The notes under the pieces were generated by a model. That model saw only the letters and a list, made by a program, of their open reading frames with translations. It was not told the origin of the DNA and did no database searches. From positions 204,111,741 to 204,175,740 of the forward strand of contig CM041465.1 of the NCBI GenBank assembly GCA_023213395.1: DNA of 64,000 bases, read 5' to 3'. This document shows positions 38,001 through 49,800 of the stretch, one piece after another. This DNA is from Cycas panzhihuaensis. Its lineage: Eukaryota > Plantae > Cycadophyta. Position numbers and translations under genes: made by a program. How positions within the stretch are numbered: the stretch's first letter is position 1; the number at the start of each line of letters is the position of its first letter.

Positions 38001-40587
38001 TCAAAGTGGATCCCAAGAAGGTCCAGGCCATAGTAAATTGGCCACTGCCAAAGAATATCACGGGAGTTCGCAGCTTCCTGGGAGTAGCAGGGTACCTTCG
38101 GAAATTCATAAAAGGATACACCAACATAATGGCCCCACTTACGGACCTAACCAAGAAGGACACATTTGCATGGAATCCGACAGCCAACAATGCTTTTGAA
38201 GAACTAAAGGGCGCAATGGTAAGAGCTCTAGTCCTAACAATTCTAGATTTTTCTAAACCATTCATTTTGGAGTGCGATGCATCGGGTTTTGGCATAGGAG
38301 CCATCTTATTACAAGATGAAAGACCTATAGCATACAAAAGTAGGAAGCTGAACAACAAAGAAAAGCTAAAACCCATTTGCAATAAGGAAATGCTAGCTAT
38401 AATGCACACAATCCATTAGTGGAGACAATATTTGCTCGGGAGCCCATTCCAGGTATGAATTGATCATGACAGCCTCAAGTACTTCTTAAGTCAAAAGACG
38501 TTGTCAAACGAACAACAACAATGGTTGAGAAAATTACAGTCATTTGATTTAAATATCGTGTACAAAAGGGCAAAGAAAATGTCATAGCAGATGCCCTCTC
38601 AAGGATCCCACAGGAATCTCACAAGCAGTCAGCATTACAAACAATCTCAGTGGCTACCCCTGCATGGTATTAGACACTAAGAAAGGAGTATAACAACGAT
38701 CCAAGATACAAGCAGTTGATAAATAAGACAAACAAGGACAAATCTAATCTGTATGAGATACAACAAGGAATAATACTTAGGAAAGGGAAGATTTGCATTC
38801 CAAAAAAATCTACATTGAAAGAAATAATATTGCAGAAAGCTCACTCTACACCTATAGCAGGCCACACAAGGATTGACAAGACATATAGAAAGGTAAGAGC
38901 TTCTTTTTATTAGAAAAGACTAAAAACAAATGTTTAGAAATTTGTGGCAGAATGCGATACCTGTCAGAGGAACAAGATTGAATGCATAAAGATGCCAGGG
39001 TTACTCCACAGCCATTACCAGTTCCAAAACAAAAATGCGATGAGATATCTATGGGCTTCATAATAGGATTACCTCGCTCAGAAGGGAAGGACACAAGACT
39101 AGTCATAATAGATCGTTTTACAAAGTATGGCCACTTCAGAGGATTGAAATCATCAGCTAAAGCCAGCGAAGTTGTAGAATTATACATGAAGGAGATCCAT
39201 TGTCTACATGGCTTTCCAAGGGCAATTGTAAGTGACCGTGACCCAAAGTTTACCAGTAAATTTTGGCAAGATCTTTTCAAAATCGTCAGTACAAAACTCA
39301 AGATGAGCACAGCCTATCACCCACAAATAGATAGGCAAACAGAAATTGTGAATAAATGCCTATAAGTATACTTGAGAAATTTTTGCTCAGATAGACAAAA
39401 TCAATGGCATCGATGGTTGCACTTAGCAGAATGGTGGTACAACACCACCTACCACTCCTCAACAAAGATGACACCTTTCCAAGCCCTATATGGATACCAA
39501 CCACCATCCTTATTAACTTGGAACAGACCATCTCAGGTCTAGGCGATTCAAGAGCATCAGAAGCCAGTAGAGGAGACTATCAGTAGATTGAAAGACAATT
39601 TAGCAAGGGCACAAAATAGAATGAAGCAACAATCAGATTCGAAGCGCTCTGAAAGATAATTCGAAGTGGGCGATTGCATCTTTTTGTGTTTGCAGCCATA
39701 CAAATAGGTTTCCTTACAAGAAACAAGCAACCAAAAGCTCACACCTAGGTATTTCGGGCCATACGAAATCATGGCCAAAACAGGTGAGGTTGCATATCAA
39801 TTAAGGCTTCCAGAAGGTGTGAAAATTCATAACGTTTTTCATGTTTCCTGCCTAAAAAAGAAGGCTGGAGATAAAATAGTACCTCATTCCAGCATCCCAG
39901 AGCTCACCGAAGAAAGAAAAATGGCATTGGAACAAGAAGGAATCCTGTAAACCTGCACCAAATCCCTCAAATCCAAACAAATCAAAGAACACTTGGTTAG
40001 ATAGAAAAACCTAGATGCTAAAGATGCCACGTGGTAAAATGACGAATGGATAAAGCAATTTCTGAATTTATCAGTGCTTTGAGGGCAAAGCATAGTCTCA
40101 AGAAGGGGGGATGTGAACCGACTCCATTAGAGTTTGGCTGACCTACATGTTCTTACTGTGGCCGACTTCTAAAGGCTATTTTGGGCGCAATTCTTCATGT
40201 TCTGGCCGACTTCATTAAGTCCTAGTTTGAGCACCTATAAATAGGGATTTGTGGGGTTATTTCCCATCATTATTGTGAAGTATTCCTCTTTCCATTTTCA
40301 ACTCTAGGGCTGCTACAGATTTGGCCTTAGGGCTGCAATTTTGAGGAAGATTCCACCTCGAAGGGATTGGTGATCAGCGCAGGTTGTTGTTAGTATTTTT
40401 TGGGACTATTATCTATATTTTGTATATCAATTGGCATCATATCTGGTACTCATAATTGATTTATACTTGGAATTATTCATCTATATTATACTCTTATGCT
40501 CATAATCATCAGTCGGTATTCTGTTATTTTGTGAATTGAGCTCTGTTCTACCTTATTTCTGGTTTCTTGGTGAAAAGAAATGTTACA
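35053..40587 (+). mobile_element. full-length ~5.5-kb chromovirus (Reina-like size), decayed
   Basis: LTRs ~35053-35525 and 40112-40587 (2-nt ambiguity at the start). TSD GATTA at 35048-35052 and 40588-40592. PBS tggtatcagagc 35528-35539; PPT 40099-40111. Confidence 0.95.
35674..40082 (+). pseudogene. chromovirus gag-PR-RT-RH-INT-chromodomain with stops and frameshifts
   Basis: Motifs CFKCRGKW...HQC, LVDSGSTHNF, FFDDILIYS, ECDASGFGIGA, VSDRDPKF and DAKDATW. Confidence 0.95.
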
Positions 40588-40602
40588 GATTATGTGTCGT
40601 CG

Positions 40603-41825
40603 TGTTAAGTAACCTCCCAAGGTTAGTGGCACATGAGCATCCGACTGCATGGTTAAGTTGGCAAAGATTAGTGTCAATTATTAATTTGTTTGCACAGGCA
40701 GCATACCTCCACTGATGAGATTAAAGGCCACATGGCCCACCAATAGGATGCTAGGAAAAAGTGCCCACTTTTGTCCACTTAAGGTCAAACATTTGTAAAG
40801 AGATCTCTTATGTCATAATCTTTTCTTGCAAGTTTGCACTAGCGTACATCTTCTCTTTTATTGTCCTTAAGCTTCCTTGTGCCCTTTTCTTGTATTCTTA
40901 ATGTAATTTAAGTTATTGCAGTAATAATAAAGATCTATTGTGCTCTCTTTGCTCTCTTAAATCTTACAATGGTGTGAAAATTGTCAGTTGGGATTGTATC
41001 AAGTGGTATCAATGCATGGTGCAATGATCTAGCAGGAGCATTCAACAACTATAGAAAAGAAAATTTTTTTTTACCCTAGGTGATCTCAAAACCCCTCCTT
41101 ACAAGTAAGTTTTCATTTTAAATTCTATTCAGTTCTACTACTCTGTGACAATTAACTACAAATGGGCAACATAGTCCAAATTCTAAGCCCATCACCCCCC
41201 AAACAACCCTCCCTACCCTTCAAGAAGAACAAATCCTCATAGTTCCCCCTATGTGTATCTTAGGCACCCATCAATGCCATCTCTAGAATAGAACCATTTA
41301 TGAGCATCTAGTGCAGTAAGCTGGCTATGAACCTGACGAAGCAACGTCAGAATCAAAAGACTTCATCAAGTAGCATCCACATTTTTAGTGCTTCAAGAAC
41401 TCAACGTCTCAGAGAGAGAGGGGCCTATTAAGTAACCTCTCAAAGCTAGTGGCACATGAGCATCCAACCGCATCGTTAAGGTGGTGAAGGTTAGTGTCAA
41501 TTATTAATTTGTGTGTGTGGGCCACATACCTCCATCAATGAGATTAAAGGTCGCATGGTCCACCAAGTGGATCTTAGGAAAAAGCGGCCACTTTTATCTA
41601 TTTAAGGCCAAGTGTTTGTAAAGAGATCACTTATGCCATAATCTTTTCTTGTGAGTTTGTACTAGCTTACATCTTCTCTTTTGTTGTCCTTTAAGCTTCC
41701 TTGTGGCCTTTTCTTGTATTCTTGATGTTATCTAAGCTATTGCAGTGATAATAAAGATCTATTGTGCTCTCTTTGCTCTCCTAAATCTTACATTGGTGTG
41801 AAAATTGCTCGTTGGGATCGTATCA
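40603..41825 (+). mobile_element. miniature non-autonomous LTR element (TRIM-like deletion derivative)
   Basis: LTRs 40603-41001 and 41426-41825. PBS tggtatcaatgc 41004-41015; PPT 41411-41423. TSD cgtcg/catag (inferred CGTAG). Interior is 424 bp. Confidence 0.9.
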
Positions 41826-41890
41826 CATAGGTATTTGACCTCTTCTTTAGCAAAGTTGCACTTGGAGCATTTTGCATACAAGTGATTTTC

Positions 41891-42484
41891 TGTAGCATCC
41901 CAAAAACCTTGGAATTTGGTCAAAACTATACCTTATGACCATTCAAATCAAAGATCTCTGAACCATGATTCCAACGGTTTTGCACTATACTTCTTAGAAA
42001 ATTTCTATGAGATTGCTACAAGTGCTATCAGAGCCTTGTTGAAAGCTATCTTGAGGAGAAATTTTGTTAGTTCAGCAAGGGAAATCAAGGGAAAATAGAG
42101 CTTTTGGGTCGAAAAAGCTTCCACATGAGGGAGAACTAGCTTAGATTCTCCCTAGAATGGAACTAAGATCAGGGAGAACCCTTAACAAAATGGTAAGCCA
42201 ACCATCAGAAACAGTAGCAAATGTATCTCAATGTGTTGATACACTTAACAACGAGATAGCCCGGATGAATGGCAATGTAAATGAGATTAAAAGGGATATT
42301 CGGGAACTCATGACTAGAGTCATGGGGAGACCAAAGGATCTAGGCCCATCCGGCCATCAAAAGTTAGAGGAAAACACAAAAGAAGAAAAGAAAGTAGGGA
42401 AAGAAGACAGATTTTAGAGACCTTCAATTTGAATGGTCACAAGGTATAGTTTTGACCAAATTCCATGGTGTTTGGGATGCTACA
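41891..42484 (+). mobile_element. 594-bp LTR-derived element with 72-bp terminal inverted repeats and a 5-bp TSD
   Basis: TSD TTTTC at 41886-41890 and 42485-42489. Arms 41891-41962 and 42413-42484. Short LTR 41891-42020, PBS-like tgctatcagagcc 42023-42035, gag-start-like ORF 42157-42417. Confidence 0.85.
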
Positions 42485-45321
42485 TTTTCTCACAGTAAGT
42501 TTAAGATTTCCTCGATGTGAGTCATATGTTTGTTCCACCATCTATTATGTAATAAAATATCATCAAAGAAGACAAGCGCACATTTTTATAAGAAGGGTAC
42601 TAGAATCTCTTATTCATCATTGCTTGGAATGTAACCAGTGCATTTGTGAGACTAAAAGGCATTACTTTGAACTCATAATAGCCATGATAAGTGTGAATAG
42701 TTCTTTTGGAATGTCCTCTTCTTTGATCCTAATCTAGTGGTACCCTGAGCGAAGGTTATTTTTTTGTAAAATATTTGGTCCCGTGGAGCTCATCTACTTG
42801 TTCGTCAACTCCTGGAATTGGAAAGCAATTTTTCATCATGGCTTTGTTGAGGCCACAGTAATCAATGTGCATACGAAATAAACCATCTTTTTTCCTAATT
42901 ATGATGATTGGTGCTACAAGTGGGCTTTTATGAGGTACTATTGCCTTGTGGTCTAGTAAGTCTAATACTATTCTTTCTATTTTGTTCCCATAGTGATGTG
43001 GATGTTTGTAAGGTTTAACCACTATAGGGTTTGTGCCTTGCTTTAATTCAATTGTGTGTTCCATTCCACAATCCGAAGATAACCCCACCACGAGATCTTT
43101 GAAAACTTTCATGTATTTGTTTATTATCTCGTGTACTTGTACTTCATATTTACTTCCCTCCTCACTCTGATAGCAATGAAGTGAGCCCACATTGACCAAG
43201 CAAGCCCAGGCATGGATGCTTGACATCACAAATACCAAGGAGAAATTAAATATCAATAATCAATGTACTCATTATCTCCATCCAAGGGTGTCCTTATGGG
43301 CACCTATTGGCCATTTTAGTGGAGCAAACTTGGAGGTGCATTATAGAAACATTCCCACAGCTTCTAACATTGGTTATCCCAATTTCTACCCTCAGTCGCT
43401 ATAAGCAGCAGGTAAACAAAGCCACTCTTTAGGCTTCAAAAACACATTGAATTGTACAAAAAGGAGAAACTCCGAAAACCTCTTCCCTGAAAATCTTGAA
43501 TTCAACTGTTTGCATGTCTCTGAGTGACCCTTTCCAATAAAGAAACAGGCCAAAGTATTTAATCAAAAGGACAACAATATGCATGAAAGAAACTTTGTAA
43601 ATATTAAATAGGTAAGATAAGGCGAGAAATCCAGATTGCATATATGAAATTCAAATGGGCTAATAGAAAAATAAAAGAATGGTTTGTTAGAATATTAATG
43701 TACATTTGATTTGTCCCACATGCAAGTGGGTCCTACTCTTCCATGATGACTTGTATTATAAATACACAATATTGTGTATCATATTGTAATGATGTTGTAA
43801 TGACGTTTTGTTAATACGATAGAGGTACCTTAAGGGTACCGTTCAATCCTGTGGAGGTGCTTTTGTTCTGTTTGGGTCTATTTATGATTATCTTATTGCA
43901 GGTCTATTTTCTAACATGGTATCAGAGCGTCCAGGTTGAGAGAGGTATTTTTGTTCGGTATTAGAGCGGTAATTTGGGAGGTGCCATCAAGGGTTGAAAG
44001 CATATTCGAGAGAATAAACGTTGAAATTTCTGAAAAGTAATGGCGAAATTGAGACGAAATGACTCGTTCTATAAAATTTGAGTGGTCGCACTATAGATTT
44101 TGGGGTGAAAGTGCGAAAATTGCAGCAGAATTAATTTCGGCCTACTTTTTTTCCATCGCTGTATTTTTGGGACAGATCTGCAACCTCAACTTCAAAAAGC
44201 CATAACTTTGGCTGCAGATATCCAAATGACCTCAAAGTTTTTTTGATTCTGTGCATTTTTTTATTTTCTTTCTAATGGAAGTGGTTTGTGGTTCATCAAA
44301 GTTAAGAATAATAAGTTATTAGCAGTTTATCAGAAGGTACTATTACAGCCCCTAGAAACCCTAATTATGAAATTCTTAAAAGGAGCATAACTTTTGATCT
44401 AAATATCAGAATTCAATTTCGTTTGAACCGTTGGAATCGTATTTTAGAGGCCATCATTTCCATCCATATTTTATATATTTTTGAGTTATATTATTTTTCA
44501 GAAATAAGTTTTTTGGGAATTTAAGGGTTTCATATTGATATGGTGACATGAATGAGGCAATGGTAATGAGGTGACTATTTGAAGCTTTCTTGTGTGTATT
44601 ATTCATGGGAGAGTACTTTGCGATGTGATACGATGTTAAGTCATGTTGATGAGGGTGACTATTGGTAACTTGAGATATATGATGGTGATTATTTAATGGC
44701 AATTGAGTACTTTATTCAATGTGTTCTGTTGAGGCGATTATGCATGTGTTTTACATGAGTAAGTTGGCTGACTTGGTACCCTTTGGAATGTGATCTTTAT
44801 GGGCATTTGAGGCAATGAGTTGTATGGTAATTGAGGCATGACATGGGCAAGTAGGTGATTGAAGCTTGTTGTATGTGATTACATAAAGAGCCATTGTGTG
44901 GCAATGACATGCTGTGGTGATATGGCAATGTTATGGTAAAGGATAAAGGATGTGTGGTCAAATAAGGCAATTGTGAATCCTTGATAAGATTGAACACTTT
45001 AGTGGGTGCATTAGGCATGTTTCATGATGTGAATGGGCAAAGAAGGAAGAGGTTTTTTCGTTGCAGGGAAGCAAAACTATTGAATTAAGTGAAGGATGTG
45101 TGACGTGAGGTATGCATGATTTTTGTGATATGTATGTGGTATAAGCTTTGATTCTATGGTGAAGTAAGTGTTTCTTTCCATGTGACTATTTGGCAATATG
45201 TGAGATGCATAAGACAATGATGTGATGATGAAGTCAATGATATGAAGGACATGAGACATGAGAAAGTTTGTTGAGATTGATGGGTAAATTTGTTGATTGA
45301 AAAGGGACGTGGTGTTAGAAA

Positions 45322-46087
45322 ATGGCATTTACAATCATGGAGGATAATGATGTGGTTATGTATGTTCTTGAAACAAATGAATACTATCTAAGGGATTCGT
45401 TTCTTCCAGTACCTAAGTACAATGGTGAAGATTACTTCTTTTGGACAATTAAAATGAGATGTCTATTCATAGCTAGAGGTTTGTAGAAGATTGTTACTGA
45501 TGAATATGATATCCCTAATGATGAAGAAGAAAAGGAAATGCTTGAGAAGAAAGATAGAAAAGCATTCATTATAATTCGTGTTGCATTCAATGAGGTTGAT
45601 CTTCCTTCCAAATTCCATTGTGTTATTCCTATGATTCTACATGCAAGTAATGCTAAAGAAGCTTGGGATTTTCTAAGGGAAGTATTTGAACAAACACCTG
45701 AAGAAACACAACGAATGATTGAAAAGGCAATTAAGGCTAGTTATGGTATAGGTACAACGAATGAAGAAAGTATCATCAACACTGATGAAACAGGATGTCA
45801 AGATGAAGAATGTCTAAGTACTGACGAAACTTCTACTGTTGAATGCATCGATGAGATTACAGATGAAAACATTGAAAGTGATGAATTGATTTCAAGAGAA
45901 ATTGAATCTAATGATCCTATAAAGGATGAGTCTTATATTGATGATGTTCCTTCTTTAAACATTGATTCAAGTTCAAAGAGTATGCTAGTTGATCAAGATT
46001 TTGCTCCAAAGATTGAAGAAGTCACTATTATACATGATGATCAAGAGTTTATACAGGATAATGATGACAAGCAAGTTGTGATTGAAG
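45322..46087 (+). pseudogene. gag: Copia gag N-terminus followed by an acidic region; interrupted by insertion, resumes at 54875-55157
   Basis: PKYNGEDYFFWTIKMRCLFIARGL and NAKEAWDFL; one in-frame stop. Confidence 0.8.
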
Positions 46088-46639
46088 TGAAAAAAGTGGA
46101 TCTATCCTTCATCTCCATGCACTAAACACAAAGGCAAACATGGGAGCAAGAGAGACTTGAGAGAAAGAAAGTAGCTCTCACAAAATGGGGAGGTAAGAAT
46201 GAATCTCCTCCATTGAGCTTTTGCTTTTATATTGAGAGAGGGAGCATTAGAGTTAGGTGAAATGAAATTACACATAATGCACATGAAAGTGCATTTCACT
46301 TAAGTGATCTAATTTAAAGTTCACTTAAGAACCTTTTTCGAAATAATCAACTAATGTAATGACCTTATGTCATTAACCCTTTTCAATCTCCCCCTTAATG
46401 GTAGAAGGTCATTTCATTTTATTTTATTCTATCCTATGAGGTCTTTATTTGAGCCTCTTACAAAGCAGACTACTATGACACTTTTGTGGGAAACCCTCAT
46501 GGGGAAGAAAACCCACAAATTTTCTAATCTACTAACCTGGCTCAGGCGGCTCTTTAAATGTAGCTAGATAGCCAATCAGTACAATGAATTTTGTAGCTAA
46601 AATCTACTCAGTCTCCATATACCATTTGGTCATCCCCCA

Positions 46640-46792
46640 TGCCCTTTCGGGTTTTCACAGGTTCCGATTTTCCAAAATGATACAACCCTTATCCTTTCAC
46701 GCCCACATGGGGTTTTCACGAATGGGATAGAGCAGAGACTTACTCTTGTCCTTCCGCGCCCACAAGGGGTTTTCACGAATGAGACAGAGTAT
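46640..46792. repeat. ~57-bp tandem repeat (2 good copies plus 1 partial) in the Copia 3' UTR
   Basis: cgcccaca.ggggttttcacgaatg.ga.agag occurs twice; gggttttcac also occurs upstream. Confidence 0.75.
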
Positions 46793-46848
46793 GATGGTCC
46801 TATTGTCATCTCCTTCAATCAGTCAGAGATGGAGGCCCTAAGGCCGAG

Positions 46849-49800
46849 TTACTTTCGAAACTGTTCAAACTTCACCTTCTTCAATGGTTTGGTGAAGATA
46901 TCGGCCACTTGATCTGTTATGGGGCAGCACTGCAGTTGAATTGTGCCATCATGAACTAGTTCTCTAATCCTGTGGACTTTTGTACTTATATGTTTGGTAC
47001 GATCATGAAATACAGGATTTTTAGCCATCTGGATTGTAGATTGATTATCTACATGTAATCTAGTAGAACTTGTTTGGGTGGCATTTAATGTATTCAACAA
47101 TTTTCTAAGCCATATCACCTCCTTGCTTGTCTCAGAAGCAGCAATGTACTCAGCTTCGTCAGCTTGAGTGCGCAACTATCTTACGTAAATGCGGATCTCC
47201 ATGATATTGGTCTTTGTTCCAAGAAATGTTACATACCCGACGTAGATCTTCCCGTGTCTTTATCTCCAAAGAAAGTCTGAGTGTGTATGCATAAAGTTTA
47301 AATTCTGCATTGGGTTCATACAACAGACCATATTTGCTAGTCGTCTTTAGGTACCTCAACACTCGTATTGCAGCTTGCCAATGATTCTGCTTAGGATTTG
47401 TCATGAATCTTGCAAGAATGCCAACAGAGTGTGCAATATCTGGCCTTGTGTTGGTAGTATAGATGAGACTACTTACAAGTTGCCTGTAGAGTGTTGCGTC
47501 TGCCTCCCTATTGTCACCATCAACTGAGAGTTTAATATTAGGCTCCATAGGTGTATCCACTGGTCGAGCACCTTCCAACTGAAACTTTGTCAGAAGATCG
47601 TTGATATATTTTTCTTGGGAGAGAAAGATTTTGCCATCCTTTTGAGTTACTTCAATTCCCAAGTAATATTTCATCAACCCGAGGTCAGACAATTCAAAAG
47701 TTTTAGCAAGGTCTTTCTTCAGCTGGCTGATTACCTGTTCACTATTCCCCGTTATGAGCATGTCATCCACAAAGATTAAGAGGTAAATAACTTTATCATT
47801 TTGGCGCTTGATGAATAATGTTGCATCAATATCTTGATAGTCACAAACCTCATATCTAAGTTGCCTCATTCTTTCAGACAACTTGGTAAACCAAGCACGA
47901 GGGGTTTGCTTTAAGCCGTACAAGGACTTTTTAAGCCTGCAAACTTTATGCTTCTGACCGTCAATCTCGTATCCTTCTAGCTTAGCCATGTAAATTTCTT
48001 CTTTAAGGTCCCCATTGAGAAATGCGGTCTTAACATCGAGTTGGTGGATTTTCCAACCCTGTTGAGTAGCCAGGGCTATAAGAGTTCTGATTGTAGGCCA
48101 CTTGGTTGTAGGAGCAAAGGTTTCAGTGTAGTCAATGCCTTCCCTTTGCGTGAATCCTTTTGCTACCAACCTCGCCTTGTGTTTTTCTAGGGTGCCATCT
48201 GATCTATACATGTTTTTGAACACCCATTTATTTTGAACTACCTTTCTTCCAAGTGGTAGATCAACAAGCTCCCATGTACCGTTCTTAATAAGAGATTGAT
48301 ACTCTTCATTCATGGCATTTCTCCAAGCTGCATGCTTTCTGACTTCTTGGTACGTTAGGGGCTCTTCATTAAGAGCAAGATGCGATTCATTGGTTCAAGC
48401 TCAGCAAAGTGATTCATGCATCCTTGCTCTATGGGCACTTCTAGTGCCGCTTTGCCTACCTCATCCGGGTCGCATGTCCTTGTGTAGCCGGTAGGCTTCA
48501 CGAAAACCTCGAGTTGGGAATGAGGTTTTCATTTCCACAACCTCTTGATCTTCGTTTTGATCCTGAAAAGGATCATGTGAAATATTTGGCACGGAGGAAG
48601 TTGGCGATCTTTGGAGAAGATGGGCCGACCACGGATGTTGGAGAAGATGATCCTTCTGCTATGGCTTTGCCTTTGTCAACTTGGCTGTTCATAAATGATG
48701 GTGTTGGATGTGTACACATTGGCTTGGAGTCACAACTTGTATCCTCCGAGGCTCTATTATCAGATTCCAAGATTTTGAGCAATGTCAAAGATCTCCCCTA
48801 AATTTTGGAACTGGACATCAAATTCAGTGGCATCATTAAATCGGTATGAAGGCGTCTTGGAGTCAAGTCTGAGTAATTGATCTTCAGTCTCTACAAAGAT
48901 AACATCTCTAGTGATGATGATTTTGCGCTCTGAAGGTATAAAAACCTTGTATCCCTTTTTGTCCATAGGGTATCCGACAAAGATGCCTTTGATGCCTCTA
49001 TCTTGGAGCTTATTTCTATGGTCCTGCAAAATATGAGCATAACAAGTAAAGCCAAAAATTCTTAAGTGGGAGATAGAGGGGGTTTGTCCATACCACATTT
49101 CATGTGGAGAGGGGCCAAGCTTGGAGGGACTAACAGTGTTGATGCAATACACAGCAGTCTAGATAGCCTCAGCCCAAAGATAGATAAGGACATTCTTATA
49201 TACCAGCATAGCACGAGCCATATTCATGATGGTCCTATTCATGCGCTCAGCAACTCCATTTTGCTGGGGTGTACCGCAATGATGGTCTAATGTTTGATTC
49301 CATGTTGGCGTAGGTACGATTCAAACTCATTGGATGTGTACTCGCCACCATTGTCGATCCCGAGTATTTTGATCTTGAATCGATTCATTTTCCACGGGCC
49401 TTGAAAGCTTGAAACATAGAAAAGCTTCATCTTTCTTTGCAAGAAAAGCAACCCATACTTTCTTGGTAAAATCATCAATGAAAGTAATATAGTACCACTA
49501 CATTTGAGAGAAGGGATGGGCATAGGACCGCATATATCCGAGTGTACAAGCAAAAGGTTGGCTAGATTTCCACCGACTACGAGGAAAGGGTTGTCTTTGA
49601 GATTTAGCAATAATACATGCTTCACATTTAAAGGGCTTGGAGGGGAACTTAGGCAAACCAGAAAGAGTGTCTTGTAGTTCTCTTAAACGATCAATTTTGA
49701 TATGGCCCATACGAGCATGCCATAGAGCTGCTTGGGACAACTTTTGAGGAGTCAGGGTTGTGGTAAAAACAAATTCATCATCAACATAGGTGGCTTCAGG

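Larger units (their letters stand above)
32271..43345 (-). mobile_element. decayed chromovirus related to the 29.6-32.2 kb relic; gag and PBS deleted; host of three insertions
   Basis: Shared LTR start acttggaggtgcattata ending at 32951 and 43345 (homology 32808-32951 vs 43202-43345). Reverse PPT 32952-32968. Pol pieces at 33000-35047, 41831-41885 and 42490-43190 rejoin across the TSDs. Confidence 0.85.

Noticed and set aside
37852-38409. 185-aa antisense ORF
   Set aside because: Shadow of the RT/RNase H frame on the other strand.
44454-45328. Three His/Ser-rich minus-strand ORFs
   Set aside because: They lie in three different frames and are explained by the C-poor plus strand suppressing reverse stop codons.
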